A stretch of DNA of 24,196 nt from Candidatus Methanoperedens sp. (GCA_027460535.1 JAPZAR010000002.1:1-24196); one strand, 5' to 3'. Counted from the first letter of the stretch, positions 15,267 to 23,014 are shown. Numbers and translations: made by a program. The notes: generated by a model from the sequence alone, not told the origin.

Positions 15267-16835
15267 TTATCTTCTCCCGAATTTGCGTATTATAAACACC
15301 AGCACAATAATAGCCAGCACCACCATCCCGATTCCTGCCACTCCGCTTGATCCTGATTTCTCCACATTGATTTTAATGCTCTTTTCCTCGCCCTGAATAT
15401 CACCACTCTTGGCACGCATGAATATCTCTTTTATTCCTGAACCTGCATCTGCCTGCGCAGTGATCTCAACAGGGATATTCCTCGATTCACCGGCTTCCAG
15501 TGTTTCTATTGTCCCGAAGCTCCTTATCTGGGTACTGATACCGCTGACATCCTGTATCTCAAGCTGAACGCTGCTCAGTGCCACATCCCCGCCATTTCTA
15601 AGGGTTACACTGATTTCTGTCGAACCGCCCGGATTAAGCGTTACCTCGCTGTAGCTCGGATAAAGGCTGAGTATCTGGCTTTTCTCAAGACCTTTATTGA
15701 CCGTGACCTCAAGTCTCTGGGACACGCTTCTATCATCTCCACTAACAGCACCCACGAGTACAGGGTATATCCCGTCGCTGGCATTCGGGGAAGGTTTGAC
15801 TTTCACCTTGAAATTCTGCTCACCTTTGGCAGGCAATTCAAGGGTAGTAAGCGTCACTTTATCATCTGTATCTGAGAGAAACACAACATTCCAGCCTTCT
15901 GGCTTGTTCAATGTCTTTAGATTCAGCAAGAGCTGCTGGTCAAACCTGTTTTTCAGGGATACGGTAAAATCCGCCGTATTCTCAGGGCGAACCGCAAGAC
16001 CGGCTATGCTTGAATGCATCTCAAGATACGCGCTCAACGCCAGTGTCGGATCGAGATCAGGATTGATGCTGACACTCAGCGGCAGTGAAATGATCTGGCT
16101 GCCGCTTTCCATAGATGCCCCTATCAGGACTTCGTAATCTCCTTCGCTGGTATTGACAGGGGGTTGGGCTATGACATCAAAATCCTGCGTGCTTTGTGCG
16201 GGGATACTCAGCTTTGTAATCCTTGCGCCATCTGAGGAGAGCATGTCCACGCCCCATTCGTTTGGCTTTGTGAGCACTGAGAGCTTTACGGTGGCCCTGC
16301 TGTCGTATTTATTCTCTATGGTGATACTGAACTTAACGGGTAAGCCGGGATGGGTCTTTCTGCCTGGAATGCTTGAATATATATCGAGATTAGGCATAGC
16401 ATTTCTGTCCACAGTTGCCACGAACTCGCGATATATCAATTCATAATTAGTTACATCCTCACCATAGGGTTGTAAACCTATCCTTATCAAATAGGCTCCA
16501 TCGCTGGTATTAACCGGCACCCGAAGTCTTAAGACAATTTGCTTTGAATCGGTTGAATCGGATGGGAAGGTTATCTGGCTGACCTGATTATTGTCTGCGT
16601 AAAAACCTGCAAGCCAGTTGTCAGGTTTTTTGTCTATGAAGAGCTTGACAGAGACGCTTTTGGTGGTGTTGTATACCTTTTGCAGAGTAGTGGTGAATTC
16701 GACTGTGTCGCCTGGACGAACAACTTTGCCGGTTAAGTCCGTGATGGCTGTGATCTGGGAAAATTCAGCACTGGCTAAAGGTATAATAAATATGAGTATA
16801 GTTATAACGCCGAGGAGTCTTAAGATTCTATTCAT
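15267..16835 (-). CDS. Surface-anchored protein with four NEW3/CARDB-like Ig-fold repeats (signal peptide + C-terminal TM anchor)
   Basis: 522 aa. Signal peptide MNRILRLLGVITILIFIIPLASA. Four ~115-aa repeats. The first three end in P(V/P)N(T/A)S(D/E)G.Y..L(I/V)G and contain KP(D/N/E).W. C-terminus GVAGIGMVVLAIIVLVFIIRKFGRR. Its ATG overlaps the upstream permease stop (ATGA). Confidence 0.7.
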   Translation of the reverse strand: MNRILRLLGVITILIFIIPLASAEFSQITAITDLTGKVVRPGDTVEFTTTLQKVYNTTKSVSVKLFIDKKPDNWLAGFYADNNQVSQITFPSDSTDSKQIVLRLRVPVNTSDGAYLIRIGLQPYGEDVTNYELIYREFVATVDRNAMPNLDIYSSIPGRKTHPGLPVKFSITIENKYDSRATVKLSVLTKPNEWGVDMLSSDGARITKLSIPAQSTQDFDVIAQPPVNTSEGDYEVLIGASMESGSQIISLPLSVSINPDLDPTLALSAYLEMHSSIAGLAVRPENTADFTVSLKNRFDQQLLLNLKTLNKPEGWNVVFLSDTDDKVTLTTLELPAKGEQNFKVKVKPSPNASDGIYPVLVGAVSGDDRSVSQRLEVTVNKGLEKSQILSLYPSYSEVTLNPGGSTEISVTLRNGGDVALSSVQLEIQDVSGISTQIRSFGTIETLEAGESRNIPVEITAQADAGSGIKEIFMRAKSGDIQGEEKSIKINVEKSGSSGVAGIGMVVLAIIVLVFIIRKFGRR

Positions 16836-17743
16836 GTACTGATGTCCTTCCTGAGGAATGCAATGAAAGCTGTTATAAGCAAGATAACTGGAGTTACGAT
16901 TATCACGGTTAAATTCATCCAGAACTCACTGAACCACTGGGAAAGGGTAAAGCGGGTGTCTAATATTCCTTTTATTGCACTTGGTTCAGGTCCAATACCT
17001 CCCCATCCAACGTAACCCTGACCCGTTATAGTTTCAGCATAGTGGTAGAGAGGCGATATATTTGCGAGGTTCAGTGCGAGTTCAAAGGAAGCACTACCTG
17101 TTCTGATTGGTTGGCCTGTAAAAATGATTGCAAGCCCAGCGACAATTGTACCGAATACAGCACATAAACCCAGCCAGATTACAACGTTGTAGACCAGCGA
17201 ATCTGTTGCTTCTTTTACTACGATAGAGAGAAGAACACTGATTCCCAGAAAGATGAGACTGTAGAAGAATGTTATTGTGATGAATAAAAATAACCTGCTC
17301 ATTTCTATTTCGCTTATAGTGCCACCCAGGATGAGAAGCAAACTACTAATAGATACAACCGTAGAAATACCCAGAACAAAGGCTAATGTTATCATTGCTC
17401 CGAGAAATTTACCGATAATAATGTTATCCCTGAATACAGGATGCGTTAATAGAACGTTTAAAGATCCAGACTTTTGTTCTTTAACTATCGCATCAAACCC
17501 AAGAGCAATACCTATTAAAGGGGAAAAATAACCTATTATCAGGGCTACTCCTGAAAATCCAGCCATGAGCAAAGTACTTCCATTTGTAAAACTCCCGGCT
17601 TCCAGTCCCTTCTCATAGCTAAAGCTGAAGATAATAAGCGTGAAAGTAATTAGCAGAACTAAGAACACAGGACTAAAGATATTGTCTGCAAATTCTTTCT
17701 GAGCAATAACGATCGAATTTTTAAAACTTATTTTCATATCCAT
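16832..17743 (-). CDS. ABC-2 family permease (NosY/GldF-like class), paralog B, 303 aa
   Basis: The track ORF extends to 17848, but the ATG at 17743 (MDMKISFKNSIVIAQKEFADN) aligns with the paralog's N-terminus and overlaps its stop (TGATG). Six predicted TM segments. Shares GIALGFD.IVKE.KS.S.NVLLTHPVFRDNII with paralog A. Confidence 0.8.
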   Translation of the reverse strand: MDMKISFKNSIVIAQKEFADNIFSPVFLVLLITFTLIIFSFSYEKGLEAGSFTNGSTLLMAGFSGVALIIGYFSPLIGIALGFDAIVKEQKSGSLNVLLTHPVFRDNIIIGKFLGAMITLAFVLGISTVVSISSLLLILGGTISEIEMSRLFLFITITFFYSLIFLGISVLLSIVVKEATDSLVYNVVIWLGLCAVFGTIVAGLAIIFTGQPIRTGSASFELALNLANISPLYHYAETITGQGYVGWGGIGPEPSAIKGILDTRFTLSQWFSEFWMNLTVIIVTPVILLITAFIAFLRKDIST

Positions 17744-18651
17744 CACCAGGTTATATCCTGACGCAGGAACGCTATGAATGACGCGATAAATAGAATAATT
17801 GGTAAAGCGATAAGAACTACAAGGTTTTCCCAGTATTCTTCTATCCATTTATCCAGAGAACTGCCTGTATCGAAAATTCCTAGGCTTAATTTGCTTGTCC
17901 CAACATTTACGCTGCCCCAACTAAAATCGGGTGCACCCTTAACAGTTTCAGCATAGTGGTGTAGTGGTGTAAATTGTTGCAGGTTTGCATTGAGTTCAAG
18001 TCTTGGCTTATAAAAAAGAGACGAATCGGAAGATACCTGTCCTGTTGCAATAGATGCTATCACGAAAATGATAGCACCATATACTACAACCAGGTTGAGC
18101 CAGACAGCTATCCCGCAAATCAAGGAGTTTGAAGCACTTTTCGAGACTATCGAGAGGAATATGCTAATGCCTAAAAATACAGAAATGTAAAGAAATGTTA
18201 AGATGGCGAAAATTAGTACGCGCTCAAGCTCAAGAAGGGTGACCTGCACTCCGGTTACGGCGAGCACTGTTCCGACCGAGGCAATTACAGCTATGCCCAC
18301 AACCAGCGCCAGTGTTGCCATAGACCCCATAATCTTACCTGCTATTATGTTGTCCCTGAATACAGGATGAGTTAAAAGAACATTTACTGAAGCCGATTTT
18401 CGCTCTTTAACTATCATATCAAACCCAAGTGCAATTCCCAGTAGCGGCAGGAAAAGTGCGATAATCTGGGCGACGTCAATGAAATTTCCCCCATATCTAA
18501 ATACTTCACTTCCATCAGTAGCTGCTCTATAGCTCATTGAGAATATTATCAGGGTAACAATTGAAAGTAATGCCAGAAACCTCATGCTCCAGAGGTTATC
18601 TGCGAACTCCTTCTGTGCAATTACAAACACATTTCCCATATTCCGTTTCAT
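17743..18651 (-). CDS. ABC-2 family permease, paralog A, 302 aa
   Basis: MKRNMGNVFVIAQKEFADNLW.... AGGAGG lies 4 nt upstream of the ATG, inside the tail of the preceding gene. Same topology and motifs as paralog B, both ending in FIAFLR.DI. Confidence 0.8.
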   Translation of the reverse strand: MKRNMGNVFVIAQKEFADNLWSMRFLALLSIVTLIIFSMSYRAATDGSEVFRYGGNFIDVAQIIALFLPLLGIALGFDMIVKERKSASVNVLLTHPVFRDNIIAGKIMGSMATLALVVGIAVIASVGTVLAVTGVQVTLLELERVLIFAILTFLYISVFLGISIFLSIVSKSASNSLICGIAVWLNLVVVYGAIIFVIASIATGQVSSDSSLFYKPRLELNANLQQFTPLHHYAETVKGAPDFSWGSVNVGTSKLSLGIFDTGSSLDKWIEEYWENLVVLIALPIILFIASFIAFLRQDITW

Positions 18652-20365
18652 TTATCCTCCTCATTTTTTTAATCTGGTAAATTGTTAATATTAATGTGAA
18701 CACTGCAAATATAATGCTAAACCCGGGTGTTCTGGGCGTATTAACACCCACAGTAGGTGCAGGCGTTGCTGTTGTAATGACAATCGGCTCAGGTGATTGC
18801 TCTTTGATTGTAATAGACATATTTGCAGTCCTAAAGCCCTGTTTGACAGCACTTAACCCGAAATTTCCCGCTTCTTTGAAGCTATATTCTAAAAATCCGC
18901 TTTCATTGGTTTTGCCTATTTCCCTGCCGTTAAGAAGAACTGTTGCATTCTCGACAGGCTTTGATATGGATTTAACTTCAATGAGAGCTGCATCCCCTTG
19001 TTTAATAGAACTTGGAGCATAAATGGATATAACTTCATCGTATCCCTTCATTTTCAATAGATATACCTGTTCTCTCCCGGTAGACCTGCCAACGGTAAAA
19101 AGTATCCTGCTACCATCAGGGCTTAAGTATATTTTGTTGCTGTTATAAACATCTGTGGGCACATTCTTAACAAGCAGCAATCGTTCAGTTCCATCTGGTT
19201 TTATTTTAACAATAGAATCGTTAGTCATATAGTATATTTCATTGTCCATTCCCCAGACATACGCACTTTCCATTCTTGCAGAGTAGCTTTCAGGCAGAGT
19301 AATTTTATCAGTTCCATCCGAATTTACTATATAAAGGCTACTAGCCCTGGCGGAACGAAAGGCAATTTTATCGCCATTGGGACTCCATGAAATTTGACTT
19401 GCCCACTTCTCATCTACCGTTTTTGTAGTTCCAGTGTCTATATAATATATTCGAAGGTTTTCAAAGTCTCCATTTTCATTATGCTTAGTAAAAATTATTT
19501 TTGTTCCATCGGGGCTCCATGAGGCAAGGTAAAAGTCTTCCCCTTTTTCGATTAATCTGAGATTGCTGCCATCAGCATCTATTACATAAAGGGCGTCTAA
19601 AGTTATTATGACTAACTTTTTACCATCAGGCTTCCAGCTTAGTCCTATGGCTTGCATATCACTGTTAGTTGTCAGTTGCTGAACAGATGCATTATCGACA
19701 TTAACTGTATAAACTTCACCATCTTTGTCGCCAATGAAAGCGATTTTTTCCCCGTCAGGACTCAATTTTATACCATCCTCATAATCTGCAAAGCTCCAGC
19801 CCAGAGGAAGCTGATTAACGGTCGAATTATCAGCCAAAATGGAACCATTTCTGTATGAAACGTATTTTTGGGTTTTCTCATCGCAAGGATTCAGAACCAT
19901 GAATACAATTTTATCTCCATCTGGACTCCACCAGGCAGAATCTAAAAAAGCTGCAGTATTGTTCTTTGCTGCCCGGATGCTTACCTCGGCTCTTGCAATG
20001 TTAGTAACCTCACTGCCGTCCGCATACATCCAGAAAAGAGTGGAAGCGCGCTCATGGAGACCGAATTCACCGCATGGGACACGTTTTGTGTCACCTTTCG
20101 TCGCCATATTCCTGTGAGTTAAAATCAATAACCTTGACCCATCAGGAGACCACAGGAAATTGCTATCTGCGACGGTATAGAAAATGTCGAACATATTAGA
20201 GTCAATTGATTTTAGTACCTCTTTATCCATAATATTAGTGATCTCGACAAAGCTTTCAACTTTATCAGCATCTGTGGTCAGATTTGAGGCGCTCGCTGTG
20301 GTTATCTGGGCTATGGATAAGAGCATACTGATTGATATTATTAGTGGACCTGTTTTTTGGTTCAT
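18596..20365 (-). CDS. Secreted PD40 (TolB-like) beta-propeller protein with a PEGA/CarboxypepD_reg-like domain and a PGF-CTERM sorting signal
   Basis: 589 aa with a signal peptide. Seven (W/L)(S/K)P(D/N)G..(I/L) PD40-type repeats. NATVLLNGREIGKTNESGFLEYSF..G.F.LSAVK.GF is a small beta-sandwich. Then a Thr/Pro linker TTATPAPTVGVNTPRT, PGF, the hydrophobic SIIFAVFTLILTIY, and QIKKMRR. Confidence 0.8.
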   Translation of the reverse strand: MNQKTGPLIISISMLLSIAQITTASASNLTTDADKVESFVEITNIMDKEVLKSIDSNMFDIFYTVADSNFLWSPDGSRLLILTHRNMATKGDTKRVPCGEFGLHERASTLFWMYADGSEVTNIARAEVSIRAAKNNTAAFLDSAWWSPDGDKIVFMVLNPCDEKTQKYVSYRNGSILADNSTVNQLPLGWSFADYEDGIKLSPDGEKIAFIGDKDGEVYTVNVDNASVQQLTTNSDMQAIGLSWKPDGKKLVIITLDALYVIDADGSNLRLIEKGEDFYLASWSPDGTKIIFTKHNENGDFENLRIYYIDTGTTKTVDEKWASQISWSPNGDKIAFRSARASSLYIVNSDGTDKITLPESYSARMESAYVWGMDNEIYYMTNDSIVKIKPDGTERLLLVKNVPTDVYNSNKIYLSPDGSRILFTVGRSTGREQVYLLKMKGYDEVISIYAPSSIKQGDAALIEVKSISKPVENATVLLNGREIGKTNESGFLEYSFKEAGNFGLSAVKQGFRTANMSITIKEQSPEPIVITTATPAPTVGVNTPRTPGFSIIFAVFTLILTIYQIKKMRRINETEYGKCVCNCTEGVRR

Positions 20366-20505
20366 TTACTTCTCATCATATCATCATTTTATTATAAAAA
20401 AATAAGTGGTTTATAGATAAGAGCGTACTGATTAATATTATTAGTGGATCTGTTTTTTTGTTCAATTACTTTTCACCATATCATCATTTTATTATAAAAA
20501 AAATA
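20312..20505. repeat. Tandem direct duplication (two ~94-nt units, 100-nt period) of the promoter and first 18 codons of the beta-propeller gene
   Basis: Unit A is 20312-20404 (contains the real ATG at 20365). Unit B is 20412-20505 (ATG replaced by TTG). They are about 90% identical by hand alignment. Confidence 0.85.
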
Positions 20506-20545
20506 AAAATTTTAAATTTGTAAAGATTTGGTATGCCCGTCAAAT

Positions 20546-20983
20546 CTATGTCAGAGTGCGCTTCATTGCGAACATATAATAGGGATTTTTGATATCCAGC
20601 TGTATTTTGTGATCCCAAGATAGCGTTGATCCATAGAGTCGCAGAGTTTTTCCGGCATTAACTGGCGCATTCAGAGGATTACCACCGGTATCTGTGATTT
20701 TCTGTTGAACAGAGAGGTAATTAGCGAGATCCAGTTGATAGTTCAGATATTCACCGTTTTGAGTGTTGAGCCTGTAATAGTCATCCTCATCACTAGGGAT
20801 GGTAAATTGGCCGTTTGCATATATAGACCAACTATTAAGGGGGATTGATGATTCTAGCGAACTTGCTTGGCCTGCAGTATTCCCTGCATCTCTTCCTCCT
20901 ATGATTGGATCTGCCAGTGCTGCACCACTGAATAAGCTCAGTACCATGAGAACCATTGCTCCTATTTTTAAGCTTGCTTTCAT
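20546..20983 (-). CDS. Small secreted protein with a PPC (pre-peptidase C-terminal)-like domain
   Basis: 145 aa. Signal peptide MKASLKIGAMVLMVLSLFSGAALA. A..L.....G.F.IPSDEDDYYRL....GEYLNYQL resembles the D.D(W/Y)Y.F core of PPC domains. GGAGG lies 9 nt upstream. An A-run on + (oligo-T on the gene strand) follows the stop. Confidence 0.5.
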   Translation of the reverse strand: MKASLKIGAMVLMVLSLFSGAALADPIIGGRDAGNTAGQASSLESSIPLNSWSIYANGQFTIPSDEDDYYRLNTQNGEYLNYQLDLANYLSVQQKITDTGGNPLNAPVNAGKTLRLYGSTLSWDHKIQLDIKNPYYMFAMKRTLT

Positions 20984-21010
20984 TCTTTTTCACCTCCTTT
21001 TTATATTACT

Positions 21011-21163
21011 CCAGAGGCAAAACTAGGCAAGCCTTTAATACCTTGAAGGTCATGACCTTATTTTGCCTTCGGGCCATTGGGGTTCAACCGTACTTTAGTA
21101 GGTTCAGTTGAACCCTACGTTTTTCATGGTCAGTAAAATCCAGTTGTTAGAGTTTTTATCTCC
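21011..21163 (-). repeat. Conserved non-coding upstream element, copy 1 (28 nt upstream of the 20983 start)
   Basis: Aligns with 24046-24196. A 78-nt block (21077-21154) is identical to 24110-24187, and the ATG-proximal 66 nt is about 80% identical. It has stop codons in all three frames of the gene strand. Confidence 0.85.
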
Positions 21164-21397
21164 AAAACCTACACTTTACCACCATTTTTGTACAGGATTT
21201 ATTCATCTGTACACCAACTAACTTTCATGTAATGTATATAAATTTATCGTTTTTATCTTGTTTTAATCAGTTAAATGTGAAAAAGAAATCTTTAATATTA
21301 AAAAAAGTATCAATTAGAAAAATGGTTAGTAAACGAAAAGAATGCGAGAGTTGGAATTTTCAAAAACAATCCATACATTTCAATCCTTAAATTAAAA

Positions 21398-21565
21398 GGA
21401 AGTATCGTTGACTTTTCCGTGGTGGCGGTAATATGCGCTTTTCTGAGAGTCTGGGATTACAGGGCAGCCTTTGCAATCCTTGCGGGAATTATGATTCACA
21501 GCGGGTGCGACATATAAACGACATCTATGATATAGAGATAGACAGAATATGCAAGCCAAATGGTG
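21398..21565 (+). pseudogene. UbiA-family prenyltransferase fragment, frameshifted and truncated
   Basis: One frame reads ...AAFAILAGIMIHSGCDI* (TAA at 21515-21517). The next frame continues INDIYDIEIDRICKPNG (21517-21543 = NDxxDxxxD, the UbiA Asp-rich motif 1). The rest of the ~280-aa family is absent. Confidence 0.5.
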
Positions 21566-21629
21566 TGGTTCAAATCCTTAAAATTGTTCTCCTCTCCATG
21601 TTTTTTTTTCATGCGATATAGCCTATATT

Positions 21630-21743
21630 GTGGATGAACTTAAAAATCGTAAGCGGTTAAGGCAATTGTTGAATATCGATGAAATTCCAGATGCCGATGA
21701 AATCTCCGACCATTTCAGTACCATGTATGATTTCTTTCTTTGA
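21630..21743 (+). pseudogene. Possible N-terminal fragment of an IS4/IS5-type transposase
   Basis: VDELKNRKRLRQLLNIDEIPDADEISDHFSTMYDFFL* resembles the (R.FLG....PD.ST.SRF) region preceding DDE domains. It is only 37 codons, with no inverted repeats seen. Confidence 0.25.
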
Positions 21744-21804
21744 TAAAAATTAAATTCATTTTTATTTGTAACATCATCGCTACGTACAAGAAAGATATAC
21801 TATT

Positions 21805-22788
21805 TTACTTTCTTTTAATTAATAGCACTGCCAGCATTGCTGAAATTGCGAAAATTACTTCGAACGCAGGTGTTTTTGGCGTTGCGGTCGTTGGTGATGC
21901 CGTCGGTTTCGCCGTTGTGGTTGCCGGTGTAAATTGGAGAGCAGGGTATGGATGTTGGCAGCCGGGTTCTCCCACAAAGCCAGCATCGGAGCCGCTTTTA
22001 CCGTAGTGACATCTGAAACAAAAACCGTTATTGACTGGGATATCAGTGAAGTTATCTCGATTCGTATCCAAATTTGTTGGTTTTGTGTCCAGATTACCGT
22101 GACAGGTGCTGCATTTGCTGTCGTTCCCGCCGTAATCAACGCCGTGACTCCCTTCACCAAATACCCATTTCGAAAAAGGTGGATTGATTGAGGTCATTGT
22201 GCTCGGATGAATGGGTGCAGATGGTGTATAGTCAGTTATATTCGTTAGTTCTGGAGATATCGAAACTACATATTTAATTTCGAGTTTCTGGGGTTTGGTC
22301 TTAAGAGACTGTATAATATAAAAAGAACCTTCCCCTACCACGCTAGTACCATCGGAGCACCAGACTCTTGGTGGCACTCCATGGGTTTCAGTAAGCATCT
22401 TAATCTGGTAGGTCGGATCTGAAAGGTTGCCAATAATTGATACCCCCAGATTCTCTCCAAAGAACTGGTTGATATCCTTCGTTGGGTCATCAATGCGTGT
22501 TGGAATGAGGTTGTCTGTAAGGTCATTCACCCTGATGAAATAATCTCCTGGCGCTATGCCGCTCAAATTAAACAGAGCCGTAAAATTTGCTGCAGTCCCG
22601 GTTACTGTTGTTATAGTTCCGTTATAATCCATTCGGAGCAATTCAGCCTTCGTGATGGACTTTGCCCTGATGATATCCCCTTTGCTATCGAGGCTGGGCT
22701 GCAGACTGACAGTCAATGTTCCAGCAGCAGCAAGCCCTGTACCTAATATGAGGCATATTACAAATACTGCAATGATGTGGTATTTCAT
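21805..22788 (-). CDS. Secreted two-haem c-type cytochrome with a large non-haem N-terminal domain and a PGF-CTERM-like (PAF) anchor signal
   Basis: I prefer the ATG at 22788 (GGGAGG upstream; MKYHIIAVFVICLILGTGLAAAG signal peptide), giving 327 aa. CxxCH motifs are CSTCH (22099-22113) and CFRCH (22006-22020). C-terminus: TPATTTAKPTASPTTATPKT-PAF-EVIFAISAMLAVLLIKRK. Confidence 0.7.
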   Translation of the reverse strand: MKYHIIAVFVICLILGTGLAAAGTLTVSLQPSLDSKGDIIRAKSITKAELLRMDYNGTITTVTGTAANFTALFNLSGIAPGDYFIRVNDLTDNLIPTRIDDPTKDINQFFGENLGVSIIGNLSDPTYQIKMLTETHGVPPRVWCSDGTSVVGEGSFYIIQSLKTKPQKLEIKYVVSISPELTNITDYTPSAPIHPSTMTSINPPFSKWVFGEGSHGVDYGGNDSKCSTCHGNLDTKPTNLDTNRDNFTDIPVNNGFCFRCHYGKSGSDAGFVGEPGCQHPYPALQFTPATTTAKPTASPTTATPKTPAFEVIFAISAMLAVLLIKRK

Positions 22789-22931
22789 TCTTAAGTTCCT
22801 CCCGGTAAGCTGTAATTTATATTTCAATTCTTTTCATATATAAAAACGGCGGCCCGGCTGTTATTGAGATTCGAACCGATGGTGTTCTACCCACTGTTCT
22901 CATATTAATTTCATCGACTTCAAATAAAATG

Positions 22932-22995
22932 AATGAATCGCATTATTAATTACGATTGATGCTATCAACACCACGCAATCAATATGCGATTCATT
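22932..22995. terminator. Perfect 12-bp inverted repeat AATGAATCGCAT / ATGCGATTCATT (40-nt spacer) flanked by T/A runs, just downstream of the 23015 stop
   Basis: The arms are at 22932-22943 and 22984-22995. A T8 run follows on +, and TTTTATTT follows on the gene strand. It sits between two co-directional genes. Confidence 0.45.
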
Positions 22996-23014
22996 TTTTT
23001 TCATCTTTTGGGAT

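Noticed and set aside
20312-20505. A possible CRISPR-like or minisatellite array
   Set aside because: There are only two units. The units include the coding 5' end of a gene, and there is no spacer/repeat alternation. It is a simple tandem duplication.
21126-21221. A short + strand ORF (MVSKIQLLEFLSPKPTLYHHFCTGFIHLYTN) starting inside the conserved 78-nt core. The copy at 24159 also begins MVSKIQLLELLS.
   Set aside because: It has no RBS or obvious promoter, and the second copy is cut by the window edge, so conservation cannot be judged. I keep it only as an alternative explanation for the core's conservation (a divergent micro-gene).
21740-22191. ORFs 21740-22006 (+), 21855-22160 (-) and 21934-22191 (+)
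   Set aside because: They are alternative frames over the cytochrome gene. That gene's own frame has a signal peptide, CxxCH motifs and a sorting signal.
22855-22905. A tRNA-like T-arm motif (GGTTCGAATC on the minus strand) upstream of the cytochrome gene
   Set aside because: The flanks do not form a T-stem, acceptor stem or anticodon arm. It is at best a very short relic and possibly chance.
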